64,000 nucleotides of DNA from Chrysemys picta bellii (lineage: Eukaryota), in contig NC_088810.1 in assembly GCF_011386835.1 (NCBI RefSeq), positions 22,754,001 to 22,818,000 of the forward strand, written 5' to 3'. The first letter of the stretch is position 1; the number at the start of each line of letters is the position of its first letter. The notes under the pieces were generated by a model. It saw only the letters and a program-made list of their open reading frames with translations. It was not told the DNA's origin and did no database searches. The position numbers and the translations under genes were made by a program. Of this stretch, positions 48,312 to 57,924 are shown one piece after another.

Positions 48312-49613
48312 TCACACAGTAGCCTGGCCAGTCACAAAACTCGTTTTCAAAGCTTCTCTGATGCGCACCGCACCCTGCTGTGCTCCTCTAACCGCCCTGG
48401 TGTCTGGCTGCGCGTAATCAGCGGCCAGGCGAGTTGCCTCAACCTCCCACCCCGCCATAAAGGTCTCCCCCTTACTCTCACAGATATTGTGGAGCGCACA
48501 GCAAGCAGCAATAACAATGGGGATATTCTTTTCGCTGAGGTCTGAGCGAGTCAGTAAACTGCGCCAGCGCGCTTTTAAACGTCCAAATGCACATTCCACC
48601 ATCATTCGGCACTTGCTCAGCCTGTAGTTGAACAGGTCCTGACTCCTGTCCAGGCTGCCTGTGTACGGCTTCATGAGCCATGGCATTAAGGGGTAGGCTG
48701 GGTCCCCAAGGATCACGATAGGCATTTCAACATCCCCAATGGTCACTTTCTGGTCCGGGAAGAAAGTCCCTTCCTCCAGCTTTCGAAACAGAGCAGAGTT
48801 CCTGAAGACGCGAGCATCATGTACCTTTCCCGGCCATCCCACGTTGATGTTGGTGAAACGTCCCTTGTGATCCACCAGGGCTTGCAGCAGCATTGAAAAG
48901 TACCCCTTGCGGTTTACGTAGTCGGTGGCTTGGTGCTCCGGTGACAAGATAGGGATATGGGTTCCGTCTATGGCCCCGCCACAGTTTGGGAATCCCATTT
49001 CAGCAAAACCATCCACTATTGACTGCACGTTGCCCAGAGTCACTACCCTTGCTATCACCAGGTCTTTCATTGCCCTGGCAAATTGGATCACAGCAGCCCC
49101 CACCGTAGATTTGCCCACTCCAAATTGATTCCCGACTGACCGGTAGCTGTCTGGCGTTGCAAGCTTCCACAGGGCTATCGCCACACGCTTCTCAACTGTG
49201 AGGGCTGCTCTCATCTTGGTATTCTGGCGTTTCAGGGCAGGGGAAAGCAAGTCACAAAGTTCCATGAAAGTGCCCTTACGCATGCGAAAGTTTCGCAGCC
49301 ACTGGGAATCGTCCCATACCTACAGCACGATGCGGTCCCACCAGTCTGTGCTTGTTTCCCGGGCCCAGAATCGGCGTTCCACGGTATCAACCTGCCCCAG
49401 TAACACCATGATTTCCACATTGCTGGGGCCTGTGCCTTGTGAGAGGTCTATGGCCATGTCAATTTCCTCATCACTCTCGTCGCCGCGCTGCAATCGCCTC
49501 CTCGCCTGGTCCGGGTTTCGCCTTGGCATGTTCTGGCTCTGCATATACTCCAGGACAATGCGCGTGGTGTTCATAGTGCTCATAATTGCCGCGGTGATCT
49601 GAGCGGGCTCCAT
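48312..49613 (-). pseudogene. Harbinger DDE transposase (HARBI1-like, 433 codons) with one nonsense codon
   Basis: ORFs 49320..49613 and 48312..49283 are in frame, separated only by TAG at 49320-49322 (CAG in the older copies). Catalytic motifs GAIDGTH, LGDPAYPL and VECAFGRLK are intact. AATAAA on the minus strand at 48186-48191. Confidence 0.93.
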
Positions 49614-52600
49614 GATCCCAGTGCTAGCTATGGCGCCTGGTCAGAAAAAAGGCGCGAAAGTAGTATCTGATGGACCAGGAGAAGGAGGGCGGGAGGGAGG
49701 GAGGGAGGGCCGAGTGACGACATGGCGTACAGGTACAGGAACAGGGAGAAACACAAACAACTGTCACACAGAATGGTGCCCCCAAAGATTAAACTGGAAA
49801 CCCTGGGCTTAGCAGGCCGTTGATTTCACGGAGGAAGGGGAAGCAAATGAACACAGAACAAATCTATTTTTTACATCTTAAGGTGGCAGCCGACGCTGCA
49901 GCATGAGTGACAGCCATACCAATACGACGATGATGGTTACCAATCATAAAATACCATCATCTGCCAAAAGGCAAGGGGCTGCTGCTGTGTAGCAATGCAG
50001 CCCCACGTCTGCCAGCCCCACGTCCGCCAGCACCCAGCATCGCCCTCGGCCTCTTCTGGGTGCTTAGCAGACAATACTGGGCAATTGGCAGAAAATAGTA
50101 TATTATGACTGGTAACCGTCATCATCAAAACAGTAGCATGTCTGCCCAGGTGGCCATGATTGACAGCCATACCAGTATGACGACGATGGGTACCAGTCAT
50201 AATATACCATCGCCTGGAAGGGGCTGGTGCAATGCAGCACTACGGCTGCCAGCCCCACGGCTATCACTCATGCTACACTGTCTACCGCCAAAAGGCAGTT
50301 AGCAGCTGCTGCTGTGTAGCAATGCAGTCCCACGTCTGCCGGCACCCAGAGGACATATGGTGACGGTGAGCTCAGCTGAGCTGAGCGGGCTCCATGCTTG
50401 CCGTGGTATGTTGTCTGCACAGGTAACCCAGGTAAATAGGCGCGAATCTATTGTCTGCCGTTGCTGTGACGAGGGGGGAGGGGCCTGACGACATGTACCC
50501 AGAACCGCCCGCGACACTGTTTTGCATCATCCGGGCATTGGGATCTCAACCCAGAATTCAAAGAAAAGGCGCGAACCGCTTCTCGGCTCGAGCTGTTGCG
50601 CAAACGTAGTATCTGACGGCCTAGGGGAAGGAGGGAGGGGGGCCGAGTGACGACATGGCGTACAGGCACAGGGAATTAAAATAAAGAACGGTGGCTGTGC
50701 ATCAGGGAGAGACACAAACAACTGTCACAGACTGGTCCCCCCCAAAGATTAAACTGAAAACCCTGGGTTTAGCAGGCCGTTGATTTGACGGAGGGAGGGG
50801 GAAGCAAATGAATACAGAGAAAATCTATTTTTTTACATCTTAAGACGACGGTGCAGCGTGACTGATAGCCCTCGGCATCTTTCTGGGTGCTTGGCAGCAA
50901 ATACGGGGCGGTGTATGACGATGGTCTTCAGGCCTATTGCACAATCGGCTGCTCGGGGAAGACTCTGCTAACGTGCGATGACCCGACTTGTAATAGACCG
51001 GCTAACAGTCATAATACACCATTTACTGCCAAAAGGCAAGCCCCACGGCTGCCAGCACCCAGATCGCCGATGAAGGCTACCAGTCTACTGCACCGTCTAC
51101 CGCCAAAAGGCAGTTAGCAGCTGCTGCTGTGTAGCAATGCAGTCCCACGTCTGCCGGCACCAAGAGGACATATGGTGACGGTGAGCTCAGCTGTGCTGAG
51201 CGGGCTCCATGTTGTCTGCACAGGTAACCCAGGTAACCCAGATAAAAAGGCGCGAATCTATTGTCTGCCGCTGCTGTAACGGGGGAGGGAGGGGCCTGAC
51301 GACATGTACCCAGAACCGCCCGCGACACTGTTTTGCATCATCCGGGCATTGGGATCTCAACCCAGAATTCCAAGGGGCGGCGGAGACTGCGGGAACTGTG
51401 GGATAGCTGTGGGATAGCTACCCATAGTGCAATGCTCCGGAAGTCGACGCTAGCCTCGTACTGTGGACGCGGTCTGCCGACTAGAGCACCTAGAGCATTT
51501 TATGTGTGGACATACACAATCGGCTGTATACAACCGATTTCAATAAAACCGGCTTCTATAAATTCGAACTAATTTCGTAGTGTAGACATACCCTGAGAGT
51601 CTTTGACTGAGCGGATGTTTTCAGAAAACTCCCCACAATAACTCCAAGACCTTTCTTGAGTGGCAACAACTAAATTAGACCCTATCCTTGTTAGTGTATA
51701 ATTGAGATTATATTTTCCAATCTGTATTACTTTGCATTTGTCAACTTGAAATTCTACTACCATTTTCTTGCCCAGTCACCCAGTTTTGTCAGATCTCTTT
51801 GTAACTCTTTGCAGTACGCTTTGCACTTAACTATCATAAATACTTTGTGTGGTCTGCAAACTTGGCCAATTCAAAGTTTACCTCTTTTTCCAGATCATTT
51901 ATGAATACATTGAAGAGCACTGGTCCCAGTACAACTCCTTGAGGGAGCCCACTGTTTACCTCTTTCCACTTTGAAAACTAAAAGTTTCCTTTCTTCACCT
52001 TTCCCATTATATATTAACCGGTTACTGATCCATGAGAGAACCTTCCCTCTTACCCCGTAACTCCTTAGTTTCTTTAAGAGCCTTTGGTGTGGGAGCTTGT
52101 CAAAGTCTTTCTGAAAGTCCAACTACACATTCTCCACTGGATCACCCTTGTCCATATATTTGTGGACTGATTCAAAGAATTCTAATGATTAGTAAGCCAT
52201 GACTTCCCTTCACAAAAGCCATATTGACTCTTCCCCAGCGTATCATAATCCTCTATATGGCTGATAATTCTGATCTTTACTACAGTTTCAACCAATTTAC
52301 CTTGTACTGAACTTGAGACATTTTTAAAAATCGGCGTCATATTAGTTATCTGCCAATCATCGGATAGAGAGGCTGCTGTAAGCGATAGACTTCTTACCAC
52401 AGTTAGTAGTTAGGCAATTTCATATTTGAGTTCTTTCTGAACTCTTGGGTGAATACCATCTGGTCCTGGAGAGTTATTACCATTTAATATATGAGTTTGT
52501 GCTATTGTCCTGGTCATGTGTCCAGCACAGTATTGTAACCCAGAAGGTCTGTTTCTATGGCCATTGAAGAGATTGGAGAGACTTTCATACAGTTCCAAAG

Positions 52601-53097
52601 GGTGTTGGCTCAAACACAAAGTGTACAGCTAAGGGTGAGAATGTACACCTGCCGAATAATGTCTTGCACCCCACAAGAATTCCACCTTGCTGCTAATTAG
52701 ATACTAGTCGAGATTTAAAGAACAACACGGAATCCTGCACATCCCAGCGGATTGTAATATTGATACACCTCTGAGTCACCTTCATATTTTGAAGTTATTC
52801 AATGAAGAAGTAATGCAATGGAACTGGATTTATACCTCTGTCAACACCAAGGAGATTACTGAGATGATACCAGGAAGGTATATTGCCCATACAACTTTCA
52901 GATTAAAGGAACTTCAGGGTGTAATATGCATATGTGGGATTGAAAATTGAGTAACTGATCAACCATAGGAAAGCCATTAAAATAATAAGATAATAATAAT
53001 GATCATATTAAGTAAGAAAACATTTTGTTCTATCACTGGTAATGCATTCAAGAAAACACTTTGTTTGCTTATTGAAAGGGTGTCTCCTATCCTTCCC

Positions 53098-53187
53098 ATT
53101 GGCTAAGAAAGCATATAAAAGGGCTTGCGACTCTGGGTTGTTGTATCCACTTCTCTTGACTTCATCCCCTTGGTGAACTGGGTAAGT
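53098..53187 (+). promoter_or_regulatory. CBP copy 4 core promoter, exon 1 and donor
   Basis: ATTGG 53098, TATAAAA 53114-53120, donor 53181/53182, acceptor AG 54018-54019. The intron is 838 bp versus ~1,080-1,095 bp in the other copies. Confidence 0.82.
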
Positions 53188-54039
53188 CTACTGAATTCAA
53201 ATTACTCCAGTGGTCTCTTTAGTGATAGTTTTAACTATGGATTGAACCTTCACCAATACTGTGTGATTTTAGCAATTATAATGAGGGTAGTTTTTCTTTC
53301 CAAAAGAGACTCTCTGTAACTTGTCAGTTGCAGGCCTTGGTGGTGGCAGACTTTAAAAATATCATGCTGGGATTTTCAAATCTGCTTATGGGATTGGAAC
53401 ACCCATTTGCAATAAATATAATAGGGGGCAGTGCATGTAAATCCATTAGACAATTATGAAAAATCTCAGCTTTAGGCTACTTTAGGAATGGACAGCTTTA
53501 TTCTGACTCTTTATAGACAAATACAATTGCCAGACCGTCAGCTGACTTCACTGGACTTACAGCTATTTGTCCAAGATGATCACCTGACCCTGCTGCTTCC
53601 ATAAAATGCTGGAGATCCGTTTTGAAATATAACAATTGAACAGCAACTTGATTGTTCTTTTTAGTTTAGTGGATGATGAAGATCTAGATAAGTTTCAGAA
53701 TTTAGAAGTGCTTTATATGAATTTTCCTTCAGGGCAAATCTAGCCTCTAGTTTAGTGTTGGTAAGAAGAAATTCTCCTTATGAGCAGTTTCCTCATAAGG
53801 TAACTTGTTTTGAAATTGCTGGGATTTTGTGTGTGTGTGTCTGAAGCATAAGGGGAATGGGTGCGAATGAATAGAAGGAAGAAACGGGAGCATATATGTG
53901 TCCTTCAAAAAACCTACCTACCTATCTCGCCCCTCTTACTCTAAAACTCAAACCGTTAATCTCTTATTCCAATCTCAACTGTGTCTCATGGTTTCTTTAC
54001 TCCCTCCTTTGTTTTTCAGGATTCCCTCCAACACAGAAG

Positions 54040-54558
54040 ATGTCTTACTGCCCACCCCAGGATTGTTATCCCGATATATGCCCACGTCCATGTATTGACG
54101 TCCGCAACGAGCCGTGTATCTCATCATGCGGAGATTCGACTGCAGTGGTCTATGCGCCACCAGTTGTTGTGAGATTCCCGGGACCAACTATGGCTACATG
54201 TCCTCAAGACAGCTTCGTAGGAAGCTCCTTACCAAATTTGCCAATTAGACCTGGGGGCTCATATGGTGGCTCAATTAGTTATGGGGGAGGTTATGGTGGT
54301 GGTTACGGGGGAGGTAACAGTGTTGTTGGTTCTGGTGGAGGATTCGGAGGCTCAACTGGTTATGGGGGAGTTTATGGAGGTGGAGCCGGGAGTGGTTATG
54401 GGGGTGGTTATGGGGGTGGAGCCGGGGGTGGTTATGGGGGTTGTTATGGAGGCTCATATGGTTCTGGAGGTTCACGTGGTTATAGCAAGAAGTCATATCG
54501 TAGCATTTCTGGAGGAGGATATTCTGGAGTCAACCGTGGAAACTGTGTGCAATCTTAA
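54040..54558 (+). CDS. Corneous beta-protein (beta-keratin), 172 aa
   Basis: ATG 54040 follows the splice acceptor, as in the paralogs. Intact core, shorter Gly repeat, end NCVQS*. ATTAAA at 54990. Confidence 0.95.
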   Translation: MSYCPPQDCYPDICPRPCIDVRNEPCISSCGDSTAVVYAPPVVVRFPGPTMATCPQDSFVGSSLPNLPIRPGGSYGGSISYGGGYGGGYGGGNSVVGSGGGFGGSTGYGGVYGGGAGSGYGGGYGGGAGGGYGGCYGGSYGSGGSRGYSKKSYRSISGGGYSGVNRGNCVQS

Positions 54559-56129
54559 ACCCAGAAGAACGATCCGAGGAATGAGAAACAATCAGGAAAT
54601 GACAAGATAGAGATTCACCACTGATCTGATGGACAATGATGCCTACAACTCGACTTGCAGACTGTGGGTTTTCATCACCTCTATAAATCAGGCCTATCTG
54701 TGTCTTCCACTTGGTACATATTATTGTAGCTTTATGATCTACAGGTTTTGCCGCTTAGTCTTATGCTTTGTGCTATTTGACGTTGAACTGGCTAAAACAA
54801 GTCACTTGGTTGAAAAAGGGACATGATTTTCAAACTCAACAGCTTCAAGGCAGAAAGCAGATGATCTTGTGTGAAAAGCCTCACTTTGGAGCGGGTGATT
54901 GGTTCTTGCTTGGATTATAACCCTGAAAATACATTCTTTGTACTCTGCATTAATTCATTCTGCAAGTGTGTACTCCACTGCTCATTCCCATTAAAAATTA
55001 TTCTGCATCATAGCATTGGCCTCCTGGTTTTCCTTTCTCCTCCATTCTTTCTATCCCAAGCAGTTTGGGTGAAATTCACCACGGTGATGGTGCTCTGTAC
55101 ATGCTCCCTGCACTACATCCCTCCAACTCAAGAGAATACCTAAGCAGCAAAGTACATTAACTGGTCAATACCATGGTGCTGGCCATCTGCCCAGGGGAGA
55201 TAAGTACTAACTGTGGTAAGAAGAAGATATTCCCCCTTGATCCAAAAGTCTCAGAAGGGAATTAGAATATATTTCCCTGTTCTAAATATTACATAAAATT
55301 GTAGAATCCTTGAACTATAGGGCTGAAAGGAACCTTGGGAGGTCACCAAGTTCAGCCCCATGTGTGACAGCAGGACCTGACCTGACTGGTCTTTGTCTAA
55401 CCTCTCCTTCAATGATGGAGATTCCACAACTTCCCATGAATGCCTGAAATCAACACTTTACAATCATTACCGTTAGAAAGTCATTGCTAATATCTAACCT
55501 GTATCTCCCATCATGCACTTTAAGCCAAGTACATCTCATCTTATCTTCCGTGGATACAGAACAATTGATCACCATTTTCTTTAAAATGGCCCTACACATA
55601 CTTGAAAACTGTTATCCAGTCCCCCGTCAGTCTGCTTTTCTAAACACTAAACATGCCCAGTGTTTTCAATTTGTCCTCAGAGGTCAGGGTTCTGAAACTT
55701 TTGTCATTTTACTAGCTCTCCTCTGGACTCTCTCCAGTTTGTCCACATCTTCCCCATTGAAGTGCGCTGGGCAAAACTGGGGACAAAATTCCAGCTGAGG
55801 CCTTTACTGAATTTCATTTTGTTGATTTCAGATGAAGTCTCCAATTAGTGAAGCTCATTTTGAATTCTCATCCTGTCTTCCAAAGTGCTTCAACCCCTCT
55901 CAGCTTGGTGTCCTCTGCAAATATTATCAGTGAACTGTCCACTCCATTATTCAAGTTATTAGAGAAAATACTGAAGAGTAAAAGACCCAGGATAATCTCC
56001 ACTGGCTACCCCCCATTCCCCTAGGTATAGCATCCTAGGTAATTTCCCTCCAGTTAATTTATGATAACCTTTAAGTGAATATGAGGGAAAGGATTTTTAG
56101 TTGAAGAATGAATTTTCTTCAGCTGACCC

Positions 56130-57314
56130 TGTGTCAATGCACTCCATATGTTTTATGGAAATGTGCTTTTGAGTGTGAATACGATGTAACTGGAACATGC
56201 TTCGTGCAAAAGGTCTCTTGTAAGGTATCATATCAAACGTTACAACCTATAGGAATATATCTCTCCTATTTGGATGCATGTATCATTCTTGTATCTGAAG
56301 CTAGAAATATGAATTATAACTCTGAGGTCCGATTGTAATTATGCAATGTGTGGGCCATTAATGGGGGTTTAGAATCTTGATGGCTCCCATTGACTAGGAC
56401 AATTGGTTGTAAATGGTTTATTTACCTGCACACCTTCCTGTGTAGGTGTGGGCCAACCCAGGAAGAATGGAGACTAGGGGTCTTCCTGTGACATGTGACC
56501 ATGTCACACGATACTGGAATCCATTTAATCCTTGTACTTTTCCATTGATGAGGCAGAGGTGGGGACAAGCACAGACAAAAGATCCCCGCCTTGTGCCAAA
56601 GCTATAAAACGGGGTGGAGCAGGACAAAGGGGGCTACCGGTCATGAGAAAACCCCTGCTTGCCACCTGAGATGTCTGCTGGAACTAACAAGGACTGTACA
56701 AGGGGAAAGGAGTGGGCCCAGATTAGGAAGGAGTCTAGTCTGTGAAAGGAGCTTATTGGAACATCTCTGAGGGTGAGATATTATCTGCAATCAGTTTCTT
56801 AATGTATTAGGCTTAGACTTGCGTGTTTTTACTTTATTTTGCTTGGTGACTTACTTTGGTCTGTCTGTTATTACTTGAAACCATTTAACTCCTACTTTTT
56901 ATACTTAATAAAATCACTTTTGTTTATTAATAAACACAGAGTAAGTGATTAATACCTGGGGGAGCAAACAACTGTGCATATCTCTCTATCAGTGATACAG
57001 AGGGCGAACAATTCATGAGTTTACCCTGTATAAGCTTTGTACACAGTAAAACGGATGTATTTGGGGTTTGGATCCCATTGGGAGTTGGGTGACTGGGTGC
57101 TGGAGACAGGTAACTTGCTGAGCTGTTTTCAGTTAAGTCTGCAGCTTTGGGGGCGTGGACCAAACCCTGAGTCTGTGTTGCAGCAGGCTAGCATGTCTGG
57201 CTCAACAAGGCAGGGTTCTGGAAGTCCCAAGCTGGCAGGGAAAACTGGCTCAGAGGTAATTTCAGCACATCAGGTGACAGTCCCAAGGGGATCTCTGTGA
57301 CCGAACCCGTCACA
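56130..57314 (+). mobile_element. Solo LTR, full length (1,185 bp)
   Basis: TG..CA ends with short inverted termini (TGTGTCA / GTCACA), TATAAA at 56603 and AATAAA at 56907. No internal retroviral sequence and no clean TSD. Confidence 0.83.
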
Positions 57315-57924
57315 GCACCTACTTACTATATTAGAAGCACTTTGCCTGTTTCATGCTGAAAATTTCTAATTCTCTGTTCCTGCAAAATGTATTCACAGAG
57401 GAACTGAAAATTAAGAATTTCAAAAGTGCGTGGTCCTAGATTGTGCTTGAGACATATTCATGGGAACAGTGGTCCAGAGAATAGACAGTGAGTACTTCTA
57501 AAAGCCAGGATTTTTCAAGATGTCTGAAGTTGGGCACCAAAATCACCAGTTGCTTTTGAAAATCTTGGCCTTGTGGTTAGCCATAGATGTCTTGAATGAT
57601 CTTTGGTAAATCAATATCCTCTCTCCTCTCTCCTCTCCCCATATGTAAAAAAGGTGGTGGGATTAAATCATTTACACTGGGAGGATTACTATATATTTAT
57701 TTAGTTGAGCATGTTGCATAGTCCCGAGTATCACAGCATGAGGAGCTTTCCAAGTTGAACTTGTCTGAAAGAGGTGATCCTGGATATTATTGCACAATGG
57801 ATATAGGATTCGAGGAATCACAGAGCAATTCCTGTGTTCTGGAATTCCCATGAAATGTTCTCTAGTAAATTTCATATATCCTTTTGTTCTTCCTATTCCC
57901 CTCATTATAGGAATTGCAGGTTAA

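Larger units (their letters stand above)
46123..51593 (+). mobile_element. Young PIF/Harbinger, near-complete (5,471 bp)
   Basis: Ends GGCCTGGTCTACACTAC / GTAGTGTAGACATACCC, perfect TGA TSD (46120-46122, 51594-51596). Convergent Myb (+) and transposase (-) genes. Confidence 0.96.
40175..51605 (+). repeat. Tandem array unit 3 (11.4 kb; ~3.7 kb deleted, 5.5-kb Harbinger added)
   Basis: Same start junction as unit 2. The LTR is fused to the CR1(+) at 45676/7. Confidence 0.92.

Noticed and set aside
32790-51593. Local hopping of one Harbinger from unit 2 to unit 3, or the reverse
   Set aside because: Each copy retains sequence the other lacks, so neither can be the direct parent. Independent insertions from an abundant family suffice.
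53896-54039. 48-aa N-terminal extension of CBP copy 4 in the ORF track
   Set aside because: It lies in the intron upstream of the conserved acceptor (54019). The paralogs show the true start is ATG 54040.
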